Positions 1 through 13,190 of a stretch of DNA of 64,000 nt are shown here, piece by piece. Location of the stretch: assembly GCF_009914755.1 (NCBI RefSeq), contig NC_060945.1; one strand, given 5' to 3'. Each line of letters opens with the position of its first letter. Position 1 is the first letter of the stretch. The notes beneath the pieces are model-generated. The model was not told where the DNA came from. It ran no database searches and was given only the letters and a program-made list of their open reading frames with translations. Made by a program: the position numbers and the translations under genes. Source of the stretch: the human T2T-CHM13v2.0 reference genome, Homo sapiens.

Positions 1-436
1 ATTTCAAAACATAACACAAAGCTGCTGTGATTGAGATACTGTCACTCTGGCATAAAGATGGGCATACAGAGAAATGAAATAGAATTGAGACTCCAGCAGA
101 TGTGCATGTTCTCACATTTTTGATCAATTGACTTTAGGCAACAGTGCCAAGATTATTTAATGGGGAATGAATAGTCTCTTCAACAAATGGTATTGGGAAA
201 GCTGGATATTCACATGGAAAAGAATAGACTTGGACCCTACCTCATACCATATACAAAAATTAAGTAACAATAAATCAAATACGTAAATGTAATGGCTAAC
301 ACTATTAAACTCTTAGAGGAAAACAGAGGCATAAATTTTTGTGACTTTGGTTTAAGCAATGGTTTCTTAGATATGACACCACTAACAACAAAAGAAAAGT
401 AAGTTGCCCTTCAGCAAATTAAAACTTTTGTCCTTC
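1..436 (+). mobile_element. Old L1 (L1M-type) ORF2 3' region, 5' part of host element
   Basis: Degenerate L1 ORF2-like sequence (e.g. 'atagtctcttcaacaaatggtattggg'); resumes at ~1458 after a nested L1. Confidence 0.8.
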
Positions 437-1457
437 CAGCAAAAGAAACTATCGAGTAAACAGACAACCTTTAGAATGGGAGAAAATTTTTGCAAAGTAC
501 GCATCTAACAAAAGTCTAATATCCAGCATCTAAAGGAACTTAAACAAATTTACAAGAAAAAATATCCCATTAAAAAGACAAAGGACATGAACAGACATTT
601 ATCAAAAGAAGACATCCATGTGGCCAACAAGCATATGAAAAAAAGCTCAACATCACTGATCCTTAGAGAAATGCACATCAAAACCATGATGAGATGCCAT
701 CTCACACCAGTCAGAATGGCTATTATTAAAAAGTCAAAAAATAACAGATGCTGGCAAGGTTGCAGAGAAAAAGGAATGCTTTTACACTGCTGGTGGAAGT
801 GTAAATTAGTTCAACCTTTGTTGAAGACATGTGGCAATTCCTCAGAGACCTAAAGACAGAAATACTATTTGACCAGCAATCCCATTACTGGGAATATTCC
901 TAACAAATTATATTTGTTATAAGTAAAATTTAATATTCAAAAAGCAAAGGAATAGAAATTGTTATATTATAAAGACACGTACTCACATATGTTCATTACA
1001 AAACTGTTCACAATAGCAAAGACATGGAGTCAACCCAAATGCCCATCAATGATAGACTGAATAAAGAAAGTGTGACACATATTCATCATGAAATAATATG
1101 CAGCCATAAAAAAGAATGAGATAATGTTCTTTGCAGGGACATGTATGGAGCTGGAGGCCATTATCCTTAGCAAACTAATGCAGGAACAGAAAATCAAGTG
1201 TCACACATTCCTACTGATAAGTAGGAGCTAAATGATGAGAATACATGGTCACATAGAGGGGAACAACACACAATAGAGGGGCCTATTGGAGGCTGGAAGG
1301 TGGGAGGAGAAAGAGAATCAGGAAAAATAACTAATGGATACTAGGCTTAATACCTGGGTGATGAAATAATCTGTACAACAAACCCCTATGATGCATGTTT
1401 ACCTATGGAACAAACCTGCACATCCTGCACGTGTACCCCGAACTTAAAAGTTAAAAA
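437..1457 (+). mobile_element. 5'-truncated primate L1 (L1PA/L1PB-like) nested in older L1
   Basis: ORF 587-853 resembles L1 ORF2 C-terminus ([10 protein letters not shown]...[13 protein letters not shown]); L1P 3'UTR ending 'aacttaaaagttaaaaaa'; flanked by near-identical 16-bp repeats at 421-436 and 1458-1473. Confidence 0.85.
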
Positions 1458-2475
1458 AAAACTTTTGTGCTTCAAATGATACCTTATAGAAAGTGAAAGA
1501 TAAACCACAGAATGGGAGAAAATATTTGCAAATAAAGGACCTGAATCTAGAATACATAAAGAACTCTTACAACTCAATAATAAAAAGACAAATAACCCAA
1601 TTTAAAAATGGACAAAGTTGTGAATAGATTTTGCTTCAAAGAAGATATACAAATGGTCAATAAGCACATGAAAAGAAGCTCAACATCATTCATTTTCAGA
1701 AAAATACAAATCAAAACCATAATGAGATATCCCCTAACACTTACTAGGTTGGCTATGATTTTTAAAAAGACATAAGAAGAAGTGCTGGTGAGAATATGGA
1801 GAAATTAGAACCCTCATGCACTAGTGGAGGAAATGTAAAATGGTACAGCTACTTTGGGAAACATTCTGGCAGTTCCTCAAAAAGTTAAACATACAGTGGC
1901 CCTATGACCCAACAGTTCCTCTTGTAGGTATATACCCAAGAGAATGAAAACATAGGTCCACACAAAAACTTGTGCACAAATGTGCATAGCAACATTATTT
2001 ATAATAGCCAAAAAATGGAATCAACCCAAATGTTTGATTAATGGGTAAGAAATGTATATATAAAATATGGCTTAGCCATACAATGGAATATATTCAAATA
2101 CGTAAAGAAATAAAATTCTGATACATGCTACAATATGGATGAACCTTGAAAACAGGCTAAGTGAAACAAACAAACAAACAAACAAACAAACACAAAAGGT
2201 CACATATTATGTGATTCCATTTATATGAAATTTCCAGAATGAGAAAATCCACAGAGTCAGAAAGGAGATTCGTGTCTGCCTAGGGTTGGGGGAAAGGAGA
2301 TTCGTGGCTGCTAATGGGCACATGGCTTCTTGTTTGGGTGATGAAAATGTTTTAAAATTGACCATGGTGATGGTTGCACAGGTCTGTGACCATGCTAAAA
2401 CCATTGAATTGTACACTTTACATTGGTGGATTTTACTATGTGAATTATATCCCAGTAAAGCTGTTATATAAAAAG
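1458..2475 (+). mobile_element. Old L1 (L1MB/ME-like) 3' end, continuation of host
   Basis: ORF2 C-terminal and 3'UTR similarity, ends 'tgaattatatcccagtaaagctgttatataaaaa'. Confidence 0.8.
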
Positions 2476-2647
2476 GGATATATTACTGGAATTCCAAGGT
2501 TATTAACAAAATGCACCTTACTTTAAGCATCAAGTTAAGGTGCTCTATTATCTGTGAAAGAGTTGAAGATATAGAGGACTAAACCCACTTCGGGATGAAT
2601 ACATATTTGCTGAGGAAGGAGCTATACAAGGACTCTGGGAAAAAAAT

Positions 2648-2651
<4 letters not shown>

Positions 2652-2696
<45 letters not shown>
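2652..2696. repeat. (CA)n microsatellite
   Basis: Uninterrupted AC dinucleotide run. Confidence 0.97.
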
Positions 2697-2699
<3 letters not shown>

Positions 2700-2730
2700 T
2701 TTTACTCCCAGAGTTGAAAACTAAACATTA

Positions 2731-3275
2731 GAGCTACACTGTCCAATATGGTAGCTACTAGCTAAATTTACATTTTATACTTAAATTTATTAAAATTAAA
2801 TAGAATTCAAATTTTGGTTTATCGGTTGCCCTATTCATATTTCAAGTACAGATGCTCTTCAGCTTACATCCCAATAAAAGCATCGTATTTGAAAATATTG
2901 TAAATTGAAAATTTACATGTAGCATACCTAACCTACCAAAGATGATAGTTTAGCATAGCATACCTTAAACATGCTCAGAACACTTACAGTTGACTGCAGT
3001 TGGGCAAAATCACCTAACACAAAGCCTATTTTACAATAAAGTATGGAGTGTCTCATGGAATTTATTGAACACTGTACTGAAAGTGAAACAGAATGGTTGT
3101 GTGGGTCCTTGGAGTATAGTTTCTACTGAATGCATTACCTCCTTTGCACCATTGTAAAGTTAAACCACCATGAGTTGGGGACCATCTGTACTCCATAAGC
3201 AAGTGTGGCTAGGGGCTACTCCACTGGACAGGTAGATTATAGAACATGTCCATCATTGCATAAAGTTCTAGAGCT
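2731..3275. mobile_element. MER3-like hAT relic interrupted by a Tigger-family MITE (MER47-like, 2849-3188)
   Basis: Inner element begins CAGATG and ends CATCTG with TA on both sides; host matches recalled MER3 motifs ('ctgtccaatatggtagc', 'tagaacatgtccatcattgcataaagttcta'). Confidence 0.7.
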
Positions 3276-3308
3276 GTATTAACACCTGCTTCAAATATTA
3301 TTAAGAAA

Positions 3309-3565
3309 CACGGTATAAATATATGGGTAGAAGAAAGAAGACATAGTGTTCAATAGATCATTAGAGCAACTATAGTTAAAAATCATCTATTGTCCATTTC
3401 AAAATAAAGGAGAATAATTTGAATGTTCCTCTCACAAAGAAAAAGTAATTTAAGGTGATGGATATCCCAGTGACCCTGATTTGATCTTTACACATGATAT
3501 GGACATATCACATTATCACATATACTCCAAAAATATGTACATCTATTATATATTAATTTAAAAAT
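3309..3565 (+). mobile_element. Short L1MA-like 3' end fragment
   Basis: L1MA-type 3'UTR motifs; 13-bp TSD 'tattattaagaaa' at 3296-3308 and 3566-3578. Confidence 0.7.
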
Positions 3566-3718
3566 TATTATTAAGAAATGTATTGGAAATCAAACACCCA
3601 GCTTTGGTTGGAGCAAATCCAAATCTAGGAAGTGGTTGTGTCGGCTCACAACTGATACTGATTAAATACTTGTTTATTAGATTAATGAATAAATAAAACT
3701 CTTCTTTTCTCTACACAG

Positions 3719-3808
3719 ATCAACCACTCTGATGCTAAGAACAACAGATATTCTGGCTGGCCTGCAGAGATCCAGATAGAAGGCTGCATACCCAAAGAAC
3801 GAAGCTGA
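3719..3808 (+). CDS. FAM3B: FAM3B (PANDER) last coding exon
   Basis: Acceptor 'cttcttttctctacacag' then [29 protein letters not shown]; GWP..IEGCIP is the FAM3-family C-terminal motif; FAM3B is the known upstream neighbour of MX2. Confidence 0.93.
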   Translation: MNHSDAKNNRYSGWPAEIQIEGCIPKERS

Positions 3809-4045
3809 CACTGCAGGGTCCTGAGTAAATGTGTTCTGTATAAACAAATGCAGCTGGAATCGCTCAAGAATCTTATTTTTCTAAATCCAACAGCCCATAT
3901 TTGATGAGTATTTTGGGTTTGTTGTAAACCAATGAACATTTGCTAGTTGTATCAAATCTTGGTACGCAGTATTTTTATACCAGTATTTTATGTAGTGAAG
4001 ATGTCAATTAGCAGGAAACTAAAATGAATGGAAATTCTTAAAGGG
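3809..4045 (+). other. FAM3B: FAM3B 3'UTR with candidate variant poly(A) signal ACTAAA (4018-4023)
   Basis: No AATAAA just downstream of the stop; ACTAAA is a recognised variant hexamer; 3' end approximate. Confidence 0.55.
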
Positions 4046-5309
4046 AATGATGTGATTCAAGCTGGAAAGAGGGTTGGGAGAAACAGCTTGTCCAGGTGGA
4101 GCTATGTTATGATCAGATCGAAGTGTGACCCCTGTGTGGTCCAGACAGCCCTGCAGAGAGAAAACCTTTATTCCATTATCACCAAGCACCTCCTAGTTTC
4201 CGACAGTCATCTCCTTCTGCTGGGAGAATTAGCAGCAGTTCAGGGGGCTTATGTTATGTCCTTGTTCAACTCAACTTGAGCTCTTGAACTCCTCCTGTGG
4301 GCCTGTGAATGTATTCATTCATTCCACAACTCTGGGTGCCTCCCACGTCTGGCACCGGGGGTACAGTACACATTCCCTGCCTTCATGCCAGGCTGCTGAG
4401 CGGGGTGGGGAGGGAGGCGCTGCTCTCAGGAGGGCAACTGAACACCTCACTCTCTAGAAGATGCAGCAGTAGATCCAAGAGTCCAGGATGTTCCACACGT
4501 GCTGGAACGGTGGGTCAGATGACACATGTGATTCGGGGCTAAGAAAATAAGAGTCACTGGGGCCAGCAGTCACTGCCAACTGTCCATTCTCACCTCTTTC
4601 CCGGGCCTGGCCCCAGAAGAGCTAGGAGACTTTGGTGCTGGGTTAATATTCCTTCTCTGAGCCTCTATATCTCATCTGTAAGATAAAAGAGTTGGGATAG
4701 ATGAATGGTTGCCAAGCATTTTTGTTGGCAGGACTCCTTTTAAAACATGGTGCTACATGGCACCCCGAATTCCAGCATTCTCACAGTAACACACTGCCCC
4801 AATTCTCAGTGGCTTACGACAGCATTGATTTCTTGTTTGTGTTAATGTGGCCACAGGCCAGCCACGGCTGAGCCCTAGGTGTGAAAAGCCAGGCTGAAGG
4901 GGTGTCCCCTGTCAGGCATGAAAGCCAGAGAGGGAACAGAAATCCAGCCTCCAAGCCCCACCAAGCTCCTGGCCTGATGTGTCAGCCCCAGCTGCTCACA
5001 TCCCATGGCTCCAAACATGGGAGGCACCAGGTCAGCGAGGCCAGAGTATGTCAACCCCTTCCTCAGGGGCCCCAGCAAACCATGGACTGCATGGCTGTGG
5101 GCTGCGTGACAGCCCTTGTCCAAAGAAGGGGGTGGCCACTGTGAGTGGAGATACAATGACCTGATGACTGCTGAGAGCCAAGCAGTGCTCTGGCCCAGGG
5201 AGGAGCATCACCCAGCCTGCAAGCCCTGCCCTGGGCAGAGGCCCCTCAGGGAGCCTGGTTGTCTGCAAGGAAGGCTGCAAACCACTGGATGGGGTCATGG
5301 CTCAGATCC

Positions 5310-5733
5310 CAGTAGGGGCTGAACTGTATCCCCCAAAATTCATCTGCTGAAGTCCTAACCCCCAGAATGCAACCTTATTTGAAAACAGGTTAACTGCAGA
5401 TGCGGTCAGTAAGGATCAAGAGGTCCTAGAGTAGTGTGGGCCCCCACCCATCAGGACTGGTGTCCCTATAAAAAGGAGAAATTTGGAAACACCCACCCAG
5501 AGACTGGGATGATGCATCTGTGTGCCAAGCAACACCCCAAATCACCAGCAAACCACGGGAAGCTGGACAGAGGCCTGGAACAGGGTCTGCCCTAGAGACT
5601 TCCGAGGGAGCACAGCCCTCCTGACACCTCGATGTGGTACTTCTGGCCTCCAGAGCTGTGAGACCAGAGACCTCTGCTGTTTAAGCTACTCAGGTGTGGT
5701 TCTTTGTGATGGCAACCCCACAAAACTAATATA
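5310..5733 (+). mobile_element. MLT1-family MaLR solo LTR
   Basis: 'tgtatcccccaaaattca...gtcctaacccccagaatg...gtacttctggcctccagagctgtgag...aaactaatata' matches MLT1 layout. Confidence 0.75.
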
Positions 5734-6306
5734 GGCCCTTGTAAGTGCTAAGTTCTTAGGTAGGCATAGACGTTTCTGTGTATCAAAAAAGGAGGGCAGT
5801 ACATTTTTATTCTGGCTGAAATTGCTATGTTTTTGTAGCTTCGTTGATCTTAGTTCACTGTCATGGAATAGGCCGCAGGGGAGCTTCTGGCCAGGCATCG
5901 CCCGGGGATCCGGCTTTGGGCTGTGAAGTTCTTGTGATGACGGCCCCTCCTACCCAGTGATGGCCCCTTGGCCCTCTGCTGCCCCTGCAGCTCACTGCTG
6001 CGTCCGCACCCGGGGCACAGGACTGTGAATTGCCATTCATTTCCACTTCCTGTTGATGTTTCCCTACAATGTGGTCTTTAGTGTGGAGATTGTCATTCCA
6101 TCTCTGAAGGCACTGGGCACTGCCAGCCCCCAGCCCAGTCCCCCACCGGTGGGCACCACGCAAGGGGGCTTGCCACATCAGAGTCACATTTCCTACGCAT
6201 TGTGGACCCTGCTGGTTACCCCTCACACCCGCCCCGTGACAGGGTCATGATGATTTAACCTAGTGGGGCTGGTGAGGCACAGAGAGGCTAAGGACCAAAC
6301 AGCCAG

Positions 6307-6612
<306 letters not shown>

Positions 6613-8329
6613 GAGCCAGGTCACACGGACAATGACAGGGTGGAGTTCCACTCCAAGGTGCACCCGCTGCTCCTGTGCTCTGCTGGGAGGGACACACCCC
6701 AGGTAAGAACCCTGCTTGTCTACAGCACTTCACCATTGCCTTTGTCCTGTTAATTCAGGAAAGCATTTGCTTGATCTTTCCTTCTGTGATTGGAGAGGCC
6801 ATGGGAGAGTGGATGCATGCTGGCTCTGGATGGCTCCAGGTGCTGCAGGTGCTTCCAGGTGGCCAGGAACTTCATCAGCACACAGAGGCGCTGGCGCTTT
6901 CCATAGAGTCAGCGTGCCAGGGCAGGAGGCGGGCACTGGGGCTTCTGGACTTCGCCTCTTTACCAAGCTGCACACTGTAACGCTCCCTGATGTGGAGCTG
7001 AGGGAAGAGCTCCGCCCAGCGGCTGTGACCGAGGCCTGAGCAGCAGCATCTTTTCTGGCCCCGGCCCCTGTGCTTGGATGCTGCGTGGGACATTCATTCA
7101 CCCTCAGGGCTTTAGTGCTCAGAACGCAAGAACCCTGTCCTTGAAGTTTGCATGCGCAGGCACCTCTGGTCCTTCCCAGGGCTGCTGGTGAGGGGCGTGC
7201 AGGAGGGGGATGCTGCCTTGACAGAGGGTGGAGGGTCCCCTGAGCTGGCCCGAGCTGCTCGTGTCCCTCTGTCCGGCTTCTCTGAGGCCTTTCTTTGTGC
7301 CTTCCTTGAAGCAGTAGGCCGGCCCAGGCCCTGTTGTGAAAGACATTCCTAGTGAAACCGAATGTCACATCACGCTGCCAAGTCTGAGATTCACATTCCT
7401 CCCCTCACTCCTCAGCCTCTGTCCGCCCGGGCTCTTGGGAAGAGAAGTGGTTCAGGGATAGGTGATCCTGACGATGATCTCCTGGTGTTAATATTTCTAA
7501 TGCCAAGGTTTTGAAAAACATGTTAAGTTTCTAAATATCTTCCGTAAAGTTAAGCCTGCACTCAAGGGAAGTCACTACAATGACTTAGCCAAGAGGAGCT
7601 CAGGAGTTTTTTTAAACGTATAGTGTTGATGTCTGGGAGAGGATCACGGGTGGATAGGAGAGCTGAGAGCCTGCTTCCTCCCTCCCAGCCATCACTGCCA
7701 GTCCTTGAGAGGCTTGGTCCCCTCCCCGGTGTCTGGAGGGCTCCTCCTGGAGGTTCCCAGACCTCTTGGCTCTGGTGATGGGAATGCCTGGCCCTCCTTG
7801 ACTTTGGTCACAGAGCAGGAAGCCTTAGGGAGCATGCGGTTGTGCACCTTCACTTTTGCAGGTGAAAAGTAACTGAGGACCAGAAAGATGACATGCAGCT
7901 GGCTCAGGGCTGAGTTCCGGAGCCTGGGGTTTGTCCTGGGGCCTCCTTATCTCCAATGGGAAGAAAACCGTCTTGGTTTTGCGGCGGGGACCTCAGGCAC
8001 GGGTGCTTGGAGAAAGCTGTTGACCCTCCTTCTTTGGGTTTTCCGCACCTAATGAGGGGAGAGGTGACATTTGTCAGGTGCGGCTCAGGCATGAAGCTAA
8101 GCAGGACAGCTCAGAGCGTCCAGATCATGTACCTGAGAGCATGTCCTCGGCTGTAACAGGAGTGCATCTGTGAGGCCCGATACACGAACCACACGTGGCT
8201 ATTCATTCAAATTACATGGAGTTCGAAGTCCAGTTCCTTGGTCGCAGTAGTCACATTTCAGAGCCACACAGGTGGTACTGGATGGCACTGTCAGGGCAGA
8301 ACCTTCCAGTGACTGAGCCACTCTGAGCT

Positions 8330-8490
8330 GCCCCCATGCCAGCCTCCCCTGGAATCTGTTAGCAATGCTGATTCTCAGGCCCAGCCCAGACCTGACAGAT
8401 CAGACTCTCTGGCGGGGGTGGGGGGACAGCCGCCCCGTCTCCACAGCTCTCCCAGGATTCGGATGCAGCTGGAGTTTGGGGACCACTCTG
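8330..8490. mobile_element. MER5-like hAT relic directly upstream of the MX2 promoter
   Basis: 'ttctcaggcccagcccagacct...atcagactctctgg...gagtttggggaccact' resembles MER5. Confidence 0.55.
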
Positions 8491-8620
8491 TGAGTCATCT
8501 GGAGAGCACGCTGATAACTCAGTTTCATTTCTGTGGCCAGATCAAGTAGTTTCATTTCTCTCCCTGTTTGTTGATGACGGAGCAGGGGAGGGAGTGGTTC
8601 ATATGCCACATAAAAGTGAA
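8491..8620 (+). promoter_or_regulatory. MX2: MX2 interferon-inducible promoter: AP-1 site, two ISREs, TATA-like box
   Basis: TGAGTCA 8491-8497; AGTTTCATTTCT at 8521-8532 and 8548-8559; CATAAAA 8609-8615, ~25-30 nt before exon 1. Confidence 0.88.
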
Positions 8621-8633
8621 GTGGAGGAAAGGG

Positions 8634-8666
8634 AAGAGATGATTTCTCCATCCTGAACGTGCAGCG
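8634..8666 (+). other. MX2: MX2 non-coding exon 1
   Basis: Matches recalled MX2 mRNA 5' end (aagagatgatttctccatcctgaacgtgcagcg|agcttgtcagg); donor GTAAGA at 8667; exact TSS uncertain. Confidence 0.85.
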
Positions 8667-9234
8667 GTAAGAGCGGGGCCGGTGCAGGGAGGGCTGCTTT
8701 GTGTCTGATGCACAGCAGATGCGTGTTTAAAAAATATTTCCTGAGTAACGTGACATCTGCTTGGTGAATGTGGCTTGTGCTGGGAGGCAGGAGCCACAAA
8801 GATAAGATTCTGGTGTGAGGAGCAGAAAGGGCCCATGTTGCCACCAGCCCACAGTAGCCTTGTGCACAGACAAAGAGGCTCTGGAGGGGAAGTGGCTGGC
8901 CCTGGGGACAGGGTGGCCTCCATCCTGATCTGGCCAAAAGTCGGGTGGACGCAAAGGGGTGGTTTTTAGGACAGCTTTGCTCAGCGTCCTACAAAGTCTG
9001 GGGGTTGAGTAAGGAGCTTTGTGCCCGAAAAGTCGTCTCGGAGGGTTTCAAGTGTTCCTTCTTTTGTGGTATTTGTGATGCTCTGACGTAACCTTAGTGA
9101 CGGTGATATGCTGGGAAATTGGCTCTCATGGGGCGGGGCAGGGCAGAGGGTGGTGCCTGATTTCTAGCCTTTGCCGATTCTCTTCCGTTCTCATGGTGTG
9201 AATGCTCCCACCGTGGCCAGTTCCCAGCCAGTAG

Positions 9235-9711
<477 letters not shown>

Positions 9712-9714
9712 TAG

Positions 9715-10032
<318 letters not shown>

Positions 10033-11203
10033 TGAGCTTTATTTAGGTTTAGCCCCTGCCCTAGAATGCAAGCTCCCCCAGAGATCTTTGTCTGCCTGAC
10101 TCGATATGTATCTCAAGGACTTAGTGCTCAATATATATCTTTGAGTGGGTGAAAAACAAGCGGTCTTAAAAAGAAAGGAGGTGAGCCCGGGGAGATAAGG
10201 TCGCATTCAGTGCCAGTGCTTGGTCAGCCATGACCCTGCACCATGCGAGTGACATTGGGACTGGAGCAAAGGGACACAGCAGAGTGGCCCCTGGTGCCCA
10301 GGACCCGGCAGAGCTCTCGGACTGGTTGCAAGCCAGCAATAGTGGCTATGCCCGTGTGGGAGACGCAGCTTGCCTTAGACTTCAGCGGGAACCACCATGT
10401 CCGGCACAGCCATTTCCATCCTTCCCAGGGGTGCTTACGTGATCCTGGCAGTCTCAGTCAAACTTCCAAACTCAGCAGGGAATGTGTGTGCTTGTCCTCC
10501 AATCTCAACACCCTGGGATGCAGTGTCAGGTGCAGGTCAGAGACAGCAGTGGAGACCCGATTCCCAGCCCTGGGCTGGGGCCCCCACAAGGCCTCCAGCA
10601 TCTCCCCATGGCCCAGTTTCCTCATCTGCAGGACAGGCTCTCTTGAGAATTTGGGGGGATGATAGACCCAAAAGCATTCTGGAGCCAGAGGCTTCTGCCT
10701 TCGTCGGGGGCATCAGGGAGTGTCAGTCATGAATTCACCATGACTTCTGACCACCTCTGCCTGGACTCCCTCACCTCAGTGCTGCCTAAGCTGGGTAACC
10801 ACCAGCTTCCTGGGCCTTCACCCCGCAGGGCCTTCCTCTCCAGTGATGCGCCTGGAAAGAGGGATTTCTCTTTGCAAAGGTCTCTGGAATTGCCAAGTTA
10901 TGGCTTTAAGCATATGTAGGGAAACTCCCTCCCCTTTGCACTTTTGGAGTTTTTTTCCAGCCCTCAATAGAAATCAATACAGTGACCAGGCTGCCCTTTT
11001 CACCACACTCTCAGGCTCCTGAGGACCCTGGTGGAAGATGGACTAAGCACATCCTGGGCATCGGGGACAGGCACCGGCTCCTCAAGCGTGGACAGGGACA
11101 GGGATGGGGCGGGGCAGCGCTGCAGGAGGTGGGGCCTGGGCTGATTTTCTTGCTGTACTACTTTCAGTCACTACGTACCTGTTATGGGTTGAACTAGGCT
11201 CCC

Positions 11204-11658
11204 TGTATTAGTCAGAGTTCTCTAGAGGGACAGAACTAATGGAATATAAAAAAATAAATATATACATATATATGGAAGTTTACTAAGTATGAATTTACAG
11301 GATCACAAGGTCCACAATAAGCAATCTGCAGCCTGAGGAGCAAGGGGAGCCAGTGTGAGTCCCAAAACCTGAAGAACTTGGAGTCCAATGTTCGAGGGCA
11401 GGAAGCATCCAGCACAGGAGAAAGCTGTAGGCTGGGAGGCTAAACCAGTCTCTCTTTTCACATTTTTCAGCCTGCTTTATATTCTAGCTTTGCTGACAGC
11501 TGATTAGATGGTGCCCACCTAGACTGAAGGTGGATCTGCCTTTCCAAGCCACTGACTCAAATGTTAATCTCCTTTGGCAACACCTCACAGACACACCCAG
11601 GATCAGTACTTTGCATCCTTCAACCCAATCAAGTTGACACTCAGTATTAACCATCACA
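11204..11658 (-). mobile_element. MLT2A-like (ERVL) solo LTR inserted in an MLT1 LTR
   Basis: 'tgtattagtcagagttctctagagggacagaactaat...ttaaccatcaca'; host MLT1 starts 11180 and resumes ~11660. Confidence 0.8.
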
Positions 11659-11819
11659 CCCCTCAAATGTATATGTTCAAATCCTAACCTCAGAACCTCT
11701 GAATGTGACCTTAGTTGGAAATAGGGTCTTTGCAGATGTAATTAAAGACGAGGTTGTTTTCCAGTAGGGTGGGCCCTAATCCAATATGACTGGTATCCTT
11801 ATAAAACAGGAAAATTTGT

Positions 11820-12460
11820 TTGTTTGTTTGTTTGTTTGTTTGTTTAACTTCTATTTTAGGTTCAGGGGTCCATGTGCAGGTTTGTTACATGGGTAGATTG
11901 TGTCATGGGAGTTTAGTGCACACATTATTTCATCACTCGGGTAATAAGCGTAGTAGCCAATGGATAGCTTTTTGCTCCTCTCCTTCCTCCCACCCTCTAC
12001 CCTTGAGTAGGCTCAGGTGTCTCTTGTTCTCTTCTTTGTGGCCATGTGTGTTTAATGTTTAGCTCCCACTAATAATTGAGAACATGTGGTATTTGGTTTT
12101 CTGTTACTAGATTAGTTTGCTTAGGATTATGGCCTCCAGTTCCATCCATGTTCCTGCAAAGGACATGATCTCATTCTTTTTGATGGTTGCATAGTATTCC
12201 ATAGTGTATATGTACCACGCTTTTTTATCCAGTCTACCATTGATGGCCATTTAGGTTGATTCTATGTCTTTGCTATTGTAACGGTGCTGCCATGAACATT
12301 CGTCTGCATGTGTCTTTGCGGTAGAATGATTTCTATTCCTTTGGGTACATACGCTGTAATGGGATTGCTGGGTCGAATGGTAATCCTGTTTAAGTTCTTT
12401 GAGGAGTCACCAGACTGCTTTCCACATGGCTGAACTAATTCGCACTCCCACCAGCAGTGC
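11820..12460 (-). mobile_element. L1P 3' end (antisense)
   Basis: (TTTG)n tail then reverse-complement L1P 3'UTR and ORF2 end. Confidence 0.85.
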
Positions 12461-13007
12461 AGAAGTGTTCCCCAAAAGGGGACATTTGGACACAGACACG
12501 CAGAAGCCCACTCCTGCCTCCTCACTCAGCCTGGATTTGTCTCAGTCGCCCTCGCTTGCCTCTCACACGTGTGCACCCTCACACTGCTTCAGCATCTGCC
12601 GGTCCTCCGGCCTTTGCTCTTAGAGCAGAGATTCTCAACCTTTCTCCATTTGGGCTTCCCTGAGTGGTTCCGTAGTTCATTTATGGTGCCCGCCACCCAA
12701 AATAAATTCCTGGCAGTTCTATTTACTAATTAGGTAGGTCCAAACAACTCAGTAATAGTAGGCTGGGTGGTGTCCAACAGCTGCCTTCGTGTATCACTGG
12801 GAAATCTTAAAGATCCCACAGTGGCCTGTGAGTTTGCTGAAATACCCCAGGTGCACAGTTTGGGGAACATAGTCTTATAGATTTGATGAATTCCCTTTTT
12901 GCACCTGTATATCACTCACGGGGCTGATCTATGACTGGTGTGCTAGTCCATTTGTGTCACGATAGAGGTAAACCTGAGACTGAGTAACTTACAAAGAAAA
13001 GAGGTTT

Positions 13008-13190
13008 AGCCGGGCACAGTGGCTCACGCCTGTAATCCCAACACTTTGGGAGGCCAAGTCGGGTGGATCACCTGAGGTCAGGAGTTGGAGACCAGCCTGA
13101 CCAACATGGAGAAACCTCATCTCTACTAAAAATACAAGATTAGCTGGGCGTGGTGGTGCATGCTTGTAATCCCAGCTACTAGGGCAGGCA
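13008..13190 (+). mobile_element. Truncated Alu (left arm plus start of right arm)
   Basis: 'gccgggcacagtggctcacgcctgtaatccc...' breaking off at ~13190. Confidence 0.9.
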
